Source: Hydrolagus colliei
Lineage: Eukaryota
Direction: 5' to 3'
Length of the DNA stretch: 64,000 nt
NCBI GenBank assembly: GCA_035084275.1
Contig: CM068753.1
Span: forward strand, 2,418,001-2,482,000
Numbering within the stretch: the first letter of the stretch is position 1; each line of letters begins with the position of its first letter. A model generated the notes under the pieces. The model made no database searches. It worked only from the letters and a program-made list of their open reading frames with translations, and was not told where the DNA came from. The translations under genes were made by a program, and so were the position numbers. Of this stretch, positions 38,632 to 53,100 are shown in pieces.

Positions 38632-38779
38632 CTGTTGTTTAAGCTGCTGGACCAGCCTGTCCTTCTCTCGCTTGAGCGCCATCACTTCGTCTTGCGTCTT
38701 TTTCTTTTTGGAGGCCGACAATTCTAACAAGGCGATGTTTGCATCCTTCTCGCTGATGGCCGCCAACAGAGCTTCTTGC
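38632..38779 (-). CDS. ERC2: ERC2 (CAST/ELKS2) internal coiled-coil exon
   Basis: 148 nt, cgcag|G CAA GAA...CAA CAG|gtgagt. Encodes QEALLAAISEKDANIALLELSASKKKKTQDEVMALKREKDRLVQQLKQQ, the ERC/ELKS-family sequence. Confidence 0.95.
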
Positions 38780-41664
38780 CTGCGACACGCACACACACAC
38801 ACACACGCACACAAAAACAAACAAACACAAAAAACATACGTCTGATCAAACCGTCTGCGTTCCCACTCTCCTCTCCTCTTCGACCGCAATATTCTGTCTG
38901 TTCGCCCTCCTATCCCGACCCACCCTGCCCGCCAAAACTTCTTGTTGAAGCTGTTCATTTTCTTTACCTTCTTTGTAGGACTTCCCCCCCCCCCACCCAC
39001 CAGCTCACCCGCCCTTCCCCCCCCAAAGAAAATAACCTCCCCCCACCAACTGAAACGTTTAAAGTAAATTTAATATTTGCCAAATTCAGGACGCTCTCAA
39101 ACTCCACATGTCCCACTACATAGAGACAGTCACTTCTACATGTAGAGAGTCACTCTACACAGGGAAGAAAGTTACGCCTTCGTTAAACACAACTCTCAAC
39201 TCAGGTACTGACTGAAAAAGATGACACGATTATATAATCCACCCCCCCCACCCCACCCCCCAACAAACACCAATCGTACCTCCAAGGCAGCAGGTAGCTG
39301 TGTGTTCATATTGTGTATGAAAACATGTTCCTTTGGTTTGATACAGAGAATAAATCGCTTTGATTCGTATGTGTTACGACCGACCCTTTCTTACTGATGC
39401 GATGTGTAATAAATAGGCATTTGCGGAACGATGGGATTCAATATTCAGAAATTGGCACCAATCGCAACTTTGAATACTTCCGAGAAAACTCAACAGTTTA
39501 TATTAATCTGTGAGCACAGGTTAGCGGTTTCAGCTTCAAACCGTTGGGTCAGAAAGATCCGATTTCGTTGATTTCATTCTAACAAACGGGAGGAACAAAC
39601 GGGAGGAACTGTTACAGGCACGTGTTTGTTTCCTTTAAGGAAATTAGGAGCAAATGTCCCCATTTTACACCTTGGTTGAGACCCTGCACTGACTTCTTAT
39701 TGACTGTGAAAATCAAAGTTTGTATTGACACAGTCTTCAACGGTTTCCAGTCTAAACAACGCGCACGGCTTTAGGTCAGAGTACCTCAGTGGCAGTTCAG
39801 TCAGTGTTACTGGAGCCGAAGTTTTAAAATAATCCACGCACCAAGTAAGGTTCCTCTGAAGGCTTTGCTCTCTTGGCAGCGATTCCGAGAGTCGGTCGGT
39901 TTAAACAAATTGGGATTTTACACAAGGAATATGTCTCCCAAACGCATGTTTAAGAGCAGAGGAACAGAGAGCCTTGTATTTTGTTCCAGCGCTGAGTGGA
40001 ACCGGTGTCTATCAGTCCCGTGTTCCCCGTTTCCCCCTAAACCCGCTTGTAAACCAGCCATTTATCATTGGTCGGCCCTCACTCTCCCCCCCCCCCCCCC
40101 CCCCCCCTCCCTCCCTCCCCCCCCCCTCCCTCCCTCCCACAGGTATCAACCGAACTGTAAACAACTAAACGACACGTTTGGATCTCGCGAAGGGCCTCTT
40201 TAATTAGAAATACTATCCATTCCGACTTGTATTCCCCCCCAGTCTCCCCACCCAAACCCCCCCCTCTGCCCTGACCCCCACCCAAAAAAAAGCGAGAGCC
40301 ATTTTTCACTATTTAATCCCCGCTTACAAGATTGAAAATAAACAACATTACTTTTCTGGAATCCGGCACCGTGTTTTTTTCGGGCGCAATTATCTGAAGA
40401 AAACATCTGGAATTGCCTAGTTTATTCAATTAACTAACGTCTAGCACAGAATCCTGGCTCTGATACACTACCTAATCGTAACATTAATCATTCCATTCAA
40501 CTGCCTCCCGAGTTAATATCGCTCCGTTTCCCCAATACAATCCTTTCATTCACCGTTTATTCGCAAAGAATGTGTACCCAGAACAAACAAGCAAAAGAGA
40601 GTAGGAGAGTATAAATCTACAAAATAATGTATTAGGTTACAGAATATGTATTTAGCTTAAGATGGCTATAAAACAGCAAAGGGTATGGACATGCATGCAG
40701 CCAGTGTAACTTTCAGGGGGAACAGTTGGCACGGGGGGGGGGAAAGAGAAAAGGATTTTATATGTAATGGGGGAAACACAAAACCACAGGCAAATAGATA
40801 AGGCGCTGGTATGAAAAGGCTGCTGAACACTGATAAAAGGGGGTAGAGTGTATTATTTTATCAAACTCTAGCCTAAACAACTGTCAGAGCAATAGTTCTT
40901 AAACAAATGGTGAGTAGGTGGAGGGGGATGGGGTGGGGGGGGTGGTGGTGGAGGGGGAAATGGAAAAGAATACCATTAAGGTTTAAAACCTTTAAAGTGG
41001 CGTTAACACATGATATAAGCTAATGGAAAGGGGGGCGGAGGAGGGCAAGGAAAAAAAATGTTTGGGGGGTGGTGGGGGGGGAAATAAAATCGAGCGATTT
41101 CAAAGTATTAAAAGATAAATAGAAAATCGGTTCCAATCATAAATGGAAAATGCAGAGAGAGGTGTGCAGAAATACTTTGATCGCACACAGAGACACACAC
41201 ACACACAGACACACATGCAGACGCACGCGCGTAATTTAAGACGTGTTTAAAAACTTGTTGCACCCATGAGGATGCTTCTGATGTGCATTGATTTTCAGGT
41301 GAGTTTGTTATATTTGATAAACGTTCAGGCTTTAGCGTTTTGAGAAGTTCTGACACCTGTGAGGTGCCATGTTTGAGCGGAGCCTCCCACTTTTTGTGCA
41401 GGAATAAGGAAGCAGCGGGAAAGGATTCAAACGTAAACCTGTCCCCTTCCGTTTATACCCAAACAAAAAGAAAAGAAGAAGAAAGTTACAGATACGCACA
41501 GGAGGAGAACAGCTACAGATTGTTCCATATATATGGCAGTCAGAGTGATTGATTGTATTATAACCGAGTGTCATTTCTAGTAGATTAAGCACTTATAATA
41601 ACAGCAAAACAACCACAAAATCACAATTATAGAATAAAAAAATAAGAGATACTCACAGTAACAA

Positions 41665-41860
41665 TCCCTACATTCGCCCGCAGCGCGTCATCGCGTCTTT
41701 ATATACGTCCCAAAGCGCTTCACAGAATACACTGTAAAGTGAATTGACTGAATATATTTGTGGGCGAAACGCGGCAGCCGATAGCGCACAGCAGCGTTCC
41801 CCCCACACATGCAAACAAACAGTCGTGGGTTGAAAATCACCAAATTATTGTTTTTAATTT
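41665..41860 (-). mobile_element. SINE, 3' half
   Basis: AAAGCGCTTCACAGAATACACTGTAAAGTGAATTGACTG...GCGAAACGCGGCAGCC. Confidence 0.8.
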
Positions 41861-43982
41861 TTTAGGCTGTACCTTATTATGCAAATCACAACAGAGGATC
41901 CAGTAACTGAACATATACTATATGTATATATAAATACTACATATTAGTATAGTATATATTACTATATTATAGTATATTAGTATATTATAATATTTACACA
42001 ATATGGAGGATATTATTATATTATAGTCTTGATAGTATATTACAATATTTACACAATATGGAGGAGCTGTGTTCTAAATTCTGGACATGTGTGTATGTGT
42101 ACGTCTGTGTATGTCTGAGAGCACAGAGAACGCAATGTGTGTCTCAGAAATTCCTGCAAATTTAATGCAAAGAGACAAGAATGCTCAAGTCAAATCGAAT
42201 CTGAGTTTGTAAAACAATTTTGAAACTGAACTGATAACTCTTGGCTTACTGCAACTTCAACCAAAGCGCTAATACACAGTGAAATATGATCTCAACGCAA
42301 AGAGTCGTACAAAATAGTCAAACTGATCCCCGAGCTCAATAGTTTTTTGAGGTCTGAAATCTTATCTCGACTTCAATGGAACTTCAGAGAGAAAAAATAT
42401 ATAGTTTGCAGCAGCTTGTAATACTACTAATAATAACAACAACAACAACAACAATAATAATAATGTTGTAACATTTCAATGTATTTTTCACTTTGGGAAG
42501 TTAAGGCAATTGGAAGCTAAAGGGTTTTAATAAGTTTGCCCCGGGAACGAGCAACTAAATGCCACAATATATAGTCCACAATAAGATCCCTAATCTAGTT
42601 TAGCCAGGGTTGTATACCTAACATTATAGTAAAAGCCCTTGATAGGCTCAAAGCAACTGGCACATTTTAAAGACCCTGAGATTGAACTGAGATTTTAAGG
42701 TTTAAGAGCGGTTTCAAAAGAATGGCGAGCTCTAATAAGAGCAATCTGTGACTGGAGGGGGGAGGGGGAACTGAATCCAGGCACACTATAAAAGACACTC
42801 CAGTATATCCTGGGGAAAATAGCAGCTCTGTGGCAACACAGAGAAGCCGGGTTGTGTAAAAACATTAAAAGCGCCGTTTATTAAAATCACATGTAAATGT
42901 GTGAAAAGGAAGCAACAGACATTTAAGCAGGATATAGCGGCAATAAAACCCGAAAGCAAATCAAAGGTCGATAGCAACGAGGCCCAATTCTCGTGACAGT
43001 TAACAAGGCAAAAATATTTAGTTACACAAACTGATGGATCATAATATGGCGGGCCAATGGAACCTGTTTGCACACCCGTGCACGCAGAAAAAACGATCAC
43101 GCAATCGTTGAATGGGGGGGGGGAAGGTTTACTTACTGACTCAGGTAGAGTGTAATGAGTATAATGTTAAGAGCAGTCATTTTAAACGAGTTCAGTATCT
43201 GTGTTTCAAATCACGGTTTGGAAGCCAACGTATTATAATCATCATTCGAATAACAATAATCCTGGCCTTTGATTGTAGCGCACTGTATCACACCCCCGGG
43301 ACGTCCCAAAGCCCTTGACAGAACGACTGTAAAAGTGAAGTGACCGTATGTTTTGGTGCGAGACACACAGCAGCCAATTGCGCGTAAACAGTCGTGGGTT
43401 AACTATTAAACCTGAGTTGGGTGAGTGAGTGAGCGAGCGAGTGAGCGAGCGAGTGAGCGAGTGAGTGAGCGAGTGAGCTACTGAGCCAAGATAAAAGCTT
43501 GGGACCTCAATAATAATAATAACTATAATAATAAAAATGATCCTTGCATTTGATATACGCACATATGTTTAAAAAACACTTGCACTCTGATTTCGGTGAG
43601 TGCAGGTGGAAAGTGTTTAATTGTATCTCCCAGAAAGGCACTAATCTATTTATTCACCGTTTAGACTGAATGAATAAAAACACAGGACTTCTGCAATGAT
43701 TTGAGGCCAGAATTTCTACAATGTGAGAAATTGCAGCTCACACTCACCCACACTCACTCTCACACAGATACACACTCTCACACAGATACACCCACTGACA
43801 GAGCCTGGTTCCTCTGAGCGATATCACACCACAGTATATCAGGCTTTGTCAAGAACACTGCGTTTATTAACACTCTGTGGGAACAATCTTCCGTGGAAAT
43901 GTGGTTGGAACAAGGCTCAGTTTGCACATAATCCTAGCATTTGATAATAGTGATGTATTATGTCTTCGCGACATCTCAAAGT

Positions 43983-44301
43983 GCAGGTCAGGGCGAAATC
44001 TTGGGCATGTCTCCTTACTCCACACACACACACACACACACACAGACGTACAGACACACACGCGCACGCCTAATAATAATCCCTCCAAAAAAAATCATAA
44101 AATTGGTCATTTAAATCCACCGATGTGTGTGGGGAACGCTGCTGTGCGCAATTGGCTGCTGCGTTTCACTCGCATATATATATATATATATACACAGTCA
44201 ATTTACTTGACAGTATATTCTGTGAAGCGCTTTGAGACACAGTCTATAAGACGTGAAAAGACGCTGTATCAAATGCCAGGATTATTATAATTATTATTAT
44301 T
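43983..44301 (+). mobile_element. SINE, 5'-truncated, abutting an inverted tail fragment (43928-43980)
   Basis: GCAGGTCAGGGCGAAA through core to (TTA)n. Confidence 0.83.
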
Positions 44302-47300
44302 ATGGTTGAAATACAAAAATCCTGAAACACTACAAAAGCCAGACAGACAGACAGGCAGATAGACAGACAGACTGAGAGACACAGAGAGAGAGAGAGAGAG
44401 AGACAGAGAGAGTTGATTTTGCAACAACCAATTTAAGAATATAAATTGGCCCCAGATTGATTCACGGTTCAGTAAGGTAACCGAGAAAGCCAACGACATT
44501 ATTTTCTTCAGCCTCTGTGACGGCCCAACCTGACGAAGAAAGAGGAAAGCACACAAAACACCACGCACACTGTCGCCTCCTCTCTCTCTGGGTGGCATTG
44601 TGGCGGGGATGAGACCTTCTGCAGATGAAAGGTTCTATTCCATTTGAGTTGAAGATTGACATTCACAAAGCCATGCTTGCCGCCTTGGATTTTATTCTGT
44701 GTGTGTGGAGAGTGTGGGGGGGGGGGGGGGGGGGGTCAGAATCGAGTTCCTCACACACACACACACACAGAGAGAAAAGGTCAGGAACTATCTGAGCTAC
44801 GAAGACACTAGCCGGCCGGCCAGCTGCTCCCAGATTACACATGGGATTAGCCATTCATATCACATCATTAAACACAATATGGACCCTTGACATGAACCAG
44901 AGACACCTGTCTAAACCCATCCATCACCAGAGGCTCGGGCCCAAATCCCACTCCATTCTCAAGAAGGTCAGAAGATGAAGCCATCAACACCTCTCTCCCC
45001 TCACTCCCTCCCTCCCTCCTTCGCTTGCTTCTTCCCCTCCCTCCTTCTCCCTCCCTCCCTCCCTCCCATCAAATCACCCAGAAGCTAAACTTTAGCTTTG
45101 ACTTTGTCTCTCAGCCCTCGCCTGTTTGCGAGTCAAACTGCTGTTATTCTGAGATAATTATTACTCTATCATAATAAGTATTATGATTCTTATTATTAAG
45201 ATGTTGGGAGAACCTAACAGTGAGAGGGGTAACTTTTAACTTAAGCGCTCTCGAGACGCCATCCGGGGTGGAGGGCGCTTGATACATAAATATAAAGTCG
45301 TCGCGAACTACGAATACTTTCATTAAAACCGACAAAAAGTCACAAAAGACTGAAATCCGCTGCGAGAAATTGGACCCAAATCAGTCAATCTCCAGACAAA
45401 CAGAAAATCAATTAGAGACACGTTGACGAGATCTGTGTACCGAAGCAAGTAGGAAGTGATAAAATTCCCCCCGCACTCCCCCCCCCCAATACCTTGTGGC
45501 AATTTGCACCACACAAAACAATTAAAATTCTTCATGTACTAGACAGATGTTCCAATTAGCGAGAGGCAATGTGGAACTAATTCTTTGTTTTGAGTGTCTT
45601 TAAGTTTTCGGAGCTGAAGTCCAGCCAAGCTCAAACAATCCGTGCGTCTCGCCCACTCACTCACTCACTCACTCACTCACCGATTACCTTCTTCACAATT
45701 ATACTTGTATTTTGTACAAGAGTAATAACAAATAAATAATAATAAATAATAATAATAATCCTTGCATTTGATCAAGTGCCTTTTTTTTAAATCAAGGAGT
45801 TACTTTACAAATGTGTGTTTTCTGTACAAACCATGTCCCACAAACAATGTCCCACACATACATTACATTCAGAACTGTCTCAGTTAAGATTGCTTTTTTT
45901 TTGGCGGGTGGGGGGGAATCCCCCTTCCCCCCCCCCCACTCGCCAAAAAAAACCGTGAGTTATCGAATGGTTTTAAAATGGGTCGTTGGTGGAAGTTTTT
46001 CTCAGCGAGAATCTCATCCCAGAAATGATATGAAGGTTAACATCATTTCCTGCCTTGTCGTTTTGTTGGCTGGTGAATAGAAAGTGACAACAGGAATTCA
46101 CTGCGCTGCGGAGGAATTCTGATAGATGTACGGAGAGCTTGCCAAGACATTTTTATACTTTGGATCAGAGTTTTTGTAAACTCCAGATAAAAAAAAAAGG
46201 GCCAGTTTGCAGATCTTACAGTATTACAGCCCATTAATCATCCGCTCAGCAATTTAATCCAAACAAGACCAACAGAAAACACTTAACAAAACAATATATA
46301 TTTTACACAGAAGTGATTTAAGGCTTCAGCAAACGTGCGGCTGCCTCACAAGTGAAATTAAAAAAAAAAAATTACAATAAAATGGACACCTTTACAGACC
46401 GACCGCTCTCTCATTCAGGAAAATACCCAAAGAATTATAGGCTGTTGGGGAATAAAGAAGAATTGGGATAGGAAGCTGATCATGACGTTTCAATCAGGCG
46501 TTTACGCTGAGAGAGCCGAAGCCTCGGACATCTGTAGCTATCGGGAGTTTGGTTGCTCAAACTCTGAGTCCCGTCCCGTCCCCCACCCCCCCCCCCCTCC
46601 ATTCAAAGTTACATTTGGACGGAATAAAAATATGCCACATGGAATGAAGTGATCAGACAGTCAAAAGGAACTGGGTTAACAGAAGAACGTACAAACTGGT
46701 CTCTGACACCTGAAATCAGTGCACATTTTCACATCCAGCAAAACAGACTCGATGAACACAGTACATATACCATACATATATATATATATATATATCTATA
46801 TATAGGGCTACAAGGTGGATTCCCCAAAACGGGATATTAACTCGCATTTACACAGCGCCCACTCCCCCCCCCCCCCCCACCCCACACACACAGCATAGCG
46901 CCCCAGAGCGCCCAATAGTGACGGAGCATGAATACACCATTGAGAAAACTGACCGTATACAGTATTATGTGAGCCAAAAAGCAGCAGCCAATTGCGCACA
47001 GAAGTGTCCCAACAAAACTGCTGTGGATTCACTTTTTTTTAAAAAAAAACCCTGTCCCTGGGAGAGATTGTTTTATAGGTTTCTCACTGGCTGGGAATCG
47101 AACTCGGCTCCTCTCGCGCGTGTGTGTGTGTGTGAGGCGAGCGCTCTAACCAACCAGACTTCCTACACAGGAATAAAACTCCCCAGGTCGCACACCAGAT
47201 GTGACTTGTGGCTCACTGGCTCGCAGGATTCACCCAATAGCATTCCTCTCTGTAATCCTAATACAGACAGATACAGGGACGGTTTGCAAATCACCCCAAG

Positions 47301-50082
47301 TTTGTTAAATATTAAACGCTTCTATTGAACAGGTAATAGAGCAGGCAATGCTCTGAGACACCCCCCCCCCCCCCAACCTGTGTGAGGGGCGTTCGACAAA
47401 TACAAGTTGTTGTTGTCGTCGCAGTAAGTTTCTGTCGGGCAGGAATCGGGATGAAGTGATACACACCCCCCACCCCCCAAAAACATGCCGAGACTCGAAG
47501 GAGGCCAGGGAGGGGGGGGCGAGGCGGAGGGACTACGGGATGGAGTTCCAGAGGTTGGGGAGCAGAGTGGCTGAAGGCTCGGCCTTTAGCCAAGGGTGGG
47601 GGTGGGGGGGGAGGGTGGGTTGTGGGACGTGGACCAGGCCAGAGCCATTTAACTCACGCCAGTAACCGGCTTCATTTTGTAACCGTTCTTCCTCAGCTTT
47701 CCTTGGACGATCTACTTAAACAAGTAGGTCTCGTACATCATCAGTAAATGATCAGCGAGAGACAGCAAACCAGAGATGGTGAGGTACCATATCTGAAACA
47801 TAACTCGGGCTGTAAAGGCTGAACACACACACACTGACTGGGCTGTTGAAAATCAGCGCTTCTCACTCTCGGCAAAAAGGCACCACCTGCTGATGTAATG
47901 TAATGTTCCCAACTGCATTGTTGAACGAAGTGAGTCCCACTCGATCCCACCGTATCTTTGCGTGCGAGGTTCTAATTACTCACTACAGCTGCTTGAAAGA
48001 TGACAAGATACTTCTCTCTCTCTCTCCCCCTCTCTCCGGTATTGTTTCCAACAAGTTCTATGTAAATACATATATAGTATGTACAGTATATATGTATATA
48101 TACATTGGCCACAATTTAGACTTCAACGGATTCCATTACCCAAATCCATTTTAATGAAAAATTGGTTGGTGGTGGGGGTGATGGTGGGGGGCTGAAAACT
48201 AACATTTTCTACAGTAGATCGCTCTTTGGGCTCCATTCTTCTAACTTATGGATAAATGCCAATTGGCACAATCATAAACAGGTCGTTCTTCTCTATTCAG
48301 CTATCAGTTTTAGTCTCTGGGCTATATCCTCCCACAGGCTGAAAAATACTTAAATGTTTCTTCTTCTGTCAGGAAAACCACGCACAAGTTGCAGTCTAAT
48401 TTATTAACTGTACTATATCCATGACAAGTAGCATCAAAACCAGAGAAAAATGCAATCTGTACTGGATATAAAATGATTTATTAGTTGGGAATATTCCAAA
48501 CATATTTTTTAATCTTTGGGTTTCTTTTTATCCAAAGGCTTGGCCCTGTGGCGGGGGGGGGGAAAAAATCTTACGCCACTGAAAACAGAAAAAAAAAACC
48601 ATACAATGGATAAAACTGTGATAGCCTGATCTGTGCCTCTATCTCACTCAGGAAATGAGTCAAGTTTAAGATAGTTAATTAACACTGGCACTTTTATGTA
48701 GTTTTGACGAAAGCAATTGCACTATATCTGTATATACTGTATATACTGTATATAATGAAAACCTGTACAGAGAAACTGGAAACTAAAGAAATGCGTAAAA
48801 CAGATGGGGGTTGGGGGGTTGGGGTGGGGAGAGAGAGCGAGAGAGTGACAGTGAGAGAGAGAGAATGAGAGAGAGTGAGAGAGAGAGGAATCCCAACTCT
48901 TGCTATGAAGCACAACAGGTTGTCCATTAGATTGGGTGGGGGGGGGGTGAGAGATTAGTTCATACTGTATTATTATTGTATTATCATTGCATCGATGCAA
49001 TTCTGCTTAACCTGGAAATCCCAAATGCTTTAATAAAGAATAAACTACCATATCCTGAATTTTATCCAAATAAAAATCCGTCCAAACTTTGTCCAAACAG
49101 TGGCCATCGCATGGGACCCCTGAGGTTCAAAGAAGCTGTTTCTAATATGCAGACTCGAAACGCTAAGCAAAATTGTTCTGTCACAGGCATAGTTAACTGA
49201 GTGATGTGACTACTATAATAAATATGTGTGTGGTAATCCCAAAGAACACATTTGGTTTAACTTTATTTTATTTAGAGTATCAACTGTTTTGCCTGAGCAG
49301 TTAAGGCCTTTTTAAGAGGAAATGAGATCGCCTCTGTAACAAATTTGCAGCTGCGAATGATAAACAGAAAGCAAAAACAGGTAGACGGAGATAGAGAGAG
49401 TGTGTGAATATATATATATATATATACATACACCGTACACACAAAAAAAAATGCAAAGAAGCTTTACTCGTGGAGCCACAAGAATGAGAGGTAACAAACG
49501 TGAAAAGCGCAGAATTTCCAAACATTGGGAGTTTAACCCCCACCTCCACCCCAAAAAAAATACAGTCAATTAATTCACTTTACAATACGTGCTGTGAATT
49601 GAAGCACTTTCGAGGCTTAGTCCATGTTTAAATTAAAAGCGCAGCAAACGTTAAAACATTAGATACCTTTCTCTTCTCCCCCCCCACCCCCACTATCTCC
49701 TGCCCCCCAACACCCCCCACCCTTCACCCCCCTCTGCCCCCTGTCAGTACCAAGGTCAGATTCAGATTTGGGGGGAGTTCTAGATATCAGGTTTTTGAGC
49801 TAATTGATGTGGATGCCAGCAAGTGATGCACAGACACATGGCTTCCTGGGACATGTTTGGGAAGTTGGGGGGAAACTGCTTGGCCCTTTTGGGACTGGAG
49901 ATAGCAGAACTCAAGAGGTTCAGAGTTTGAGCAAACAAAACGCTGAGACCACAAACTAGCAGCACGAAAAGAGCTGCCCTTAAAAGTTTAACCCATTTCC
50001 AGCTCAATCAGGACTCACCATCCTCACATGTCCCAGATACTCTCTCTCTCTATTCTCTCTCTCTCCCCCCCGTCTCGCTTTA

Positions 50083-50114
<32 letters not shown>

Positions 50115-52706
50115 ACTGTCCCAAGATCTACAAACTCCCCCCTTTTTAACGCGCTTACAGCGCGAGTCGCCAACTGTTCTGTTTAAAAAAAAACGCAATG
50201 GATAAATTTGCTCAACACAAAAATCTATTTTTTTTTGTTCCCGACGGAATTTTTTTCAATATTAAAAAGCGACCATTTGTCAGGAAATCGATTGGCGAAG
50301 AGAGAACGGAGTTTATTTTGGTTTGTGAACCGCTTATCGTATGATCCGCTCTTCAGAAACAACAGTTTATCTTTTCAGCTAACTCTGGCATCTGCTTAAA
50401 CAAGCCACACGGCCACACTTTGGGTGAAAGGGAACTGTATTATTTTATTAACAGAGACGCATATCCATCAAGGGAATATCTCCATCTACCTCTTTCCCCG
50501 CCCACCCACACCCCCCACCACCCAATAAAAAAATAGAGACTTTATTACTACATCTGGAAGTGACATTGCGACAGATGTACTGGAAGACAATAATACAATA
50601 CAAACCTGGGGCCAAAATTGGATCCTCAGAAACACTCAGCGCTGTGAGGGGAGAGCTCTGAGGGCAAGCACAAAAACAGCAGAAAGTTTTTTTGGGGGGA
50701 AACGCGGGGGAATTTTCAAGTTTTTTTAACAATATATATCCTCGAGTCTCTGACGAGAGGTAAAAAAATAATGTCCTTATCCTGTTTAAAAACTTTTCTG
50801 GCAGCCTCGAGTTAACTCGCGTCGCCAAACAACCATCTCAATGTCCAATACGAAAGAAATGGAATAGTCGCGAGGAAATTAAATTTATACCACATCCTGC
50901 AAAAACACTGAAGAAACTTAGCTTAATTGCGACTGTGAAAAAAAAATTGGGTGTCTAGAAAAATGTATGGAAACATGGCCTGCGTCAAAATCAGTCCCTG
51001 CATCTCATCGAAACAGCTTTGAATAACCTGCTACGGACTTACCGTTCAGAGATCACACTTGGTATTTACACCCAAGCGACAAGAGTATCAGATTAATAAG
51101 AATAAGAATTCTTTCAAATTGTTCCATTTATATTTTTGTCGGGTTTTCGAGACGTCTCAAAGCGCTTCACGGGATCCGTATCGCAAAGTTAATCGGGAGC
51201 CAGTTAATCGCTCGATAGATATCTAGTTAATGGAAAAAAAAACGGAACGAATAATTCTCTGTGAGAATACACGAGCAGGCGGACAGACGGACGGACGGAC
51301 CACGAGCAGCTGCAGAGAAATGATCAGTGACCAAAAGTACCCAACTCAACGGTAACGGATTTAATTTTTTTTTGCTATTGTGGTTGTTGTTGTTGTGGCG
51401 TTAATTCATCTTTAATTAAAAGGGGGCGACCGGCGATCGGATCAGTCAACCCGCGTGCGAAGTCATCGGAAACAAGTCTCATGTACGTATGTCACCAACG
51501 AAAAACTAACTGGAATGTTAACACAGAGAGAGAGAGAGATTTCCCAACTCCCCCCCACCCACCCCTCCCCATATTAAAAACTATGTACCGATCCTCTCTA
51601 GACAGTCACAATATAATTTGGGTTTAGTTTCTCGTTTCAAAACAAACCGTCTATATACTGTATATATAAAACGATTTCACGTAACCTTTCTGTGTGCGTG
51701 AAATGCTTTCAATCTAGCATAAATTTTCTCAGGATCCCCCCCCCCCTCCACCCCACACTCACCCCCCCTTCTTCCCCCTCCCCCCACACCTCCTCCACCA
51801 TCAAAGTTTTATGAAACAATGATTAAGGTCAATTAACAGGAAATGTTAAAGTAAATATAGCCCACACAATCTCCCTTAAGAAAATTGATGAGCAAAGGGT
51901 CTTTGCTTTCTTTGTATTAAATTACCCAGACACATTAGCTGAACAAAATGTTATGAAGTGCACTGGGGAGGATGACACTGATAGGTACTGAACTTATATT
52001 TACATTTGAAGTTTTACCAAAAAATAATATATATATATAGAAGCAGCTGGCGTGCGGAGTAATTCAGACGATTATTTTTTCATGTGCAGACAGATGCACA
52101 GAGCGTTTAACTAAGATATACTCAGGGTAATAATCCTTTCACAAAAATATAACCATAATAATAATAATGATAACAAATAAGTCACTCCACTCGATTCCAC
52201 GACTGCTTGTGGTCGGGAAATCGGCTGCCACGTTTCACCCACAACAATATACAGTCACTAGACTTTACACTATATTCTGTGAAGCGCTTTGAGGCGTCTC
52301 GAAGGACGTGATAAGGCGCTATCTCAAACATAATAATAATAATAAGAATAATTATTACTATTTATCGTTTAAATTAATATGTGATAGCTCGCAGTAGCTG
52401 TGCTTTTTTGCTTGGCAACGCAAATAAATGTAAAGGAAATAGCAATACTGTATTATAAAACGTGTGGAATGTCATTCGTGAGGGGGAGGGTGGAGAGGAG
52501 AGGGTTGGGGGGGAGGGCGGGTCACGTATTAAAGTTATTAAAATTCCTGTGATGCTATCCAACCTCCCAATGGTAAACCTCATTTCTAAAGTCCATTTAT
52601 TCTCGTCTGTAATTAATAGTCATTAAAAGCTCAACCTCTCACTGCTCATCCACATGGGCAGAAAGTGAGAATAATAACAAGAACACACAGCTCAGCGGAG
52701 CTCAGG

Positions 52707-53100
52707 GGAGCTCCTGTAGCTCAGTGGGTTAGAGCCACTTGCTCGCCTTACCAACGTGAGAGACCTGTGTTCGAATCCAGGCAGGTCAGGTCAGGGCGAA
52801 ACCTTGGGCAAGTTTCCTTACTCCACACACACACACACGCATACACACACACATACACATACACACCTAATAATAATCCCTCCCCAAAAAACAAACACAA
52901 TAATAAAAATTGGGTAATTTCAACCCACGACTGTTTGTGTGGGGGACGACGACGCTGTTGTGCGCAATTGGCGTTTCGTCCACAAATATATATATATACA
53001 GTCAATTCACTTGACAGTGTATTCTGTGAAGCGCTTTGAGACGTCGATAAGATGTGAAAAGCCGCTATATTCAAATGCTAGGATTATTACTATTATTATA
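52707..53100 (+). mobile_element. SINE, full length
   Basis: Complete head, core and tail. Confidence 0.9.

Noticed and set aside
41930-42065. 30-bp direct repeat TATATTA(T/C)AATATTTACACAATATGGAGGA, superficially CRISPR-like
   Set aside because: Only two copies in AT-rich eukaryotic intron DNA; a local duplication.
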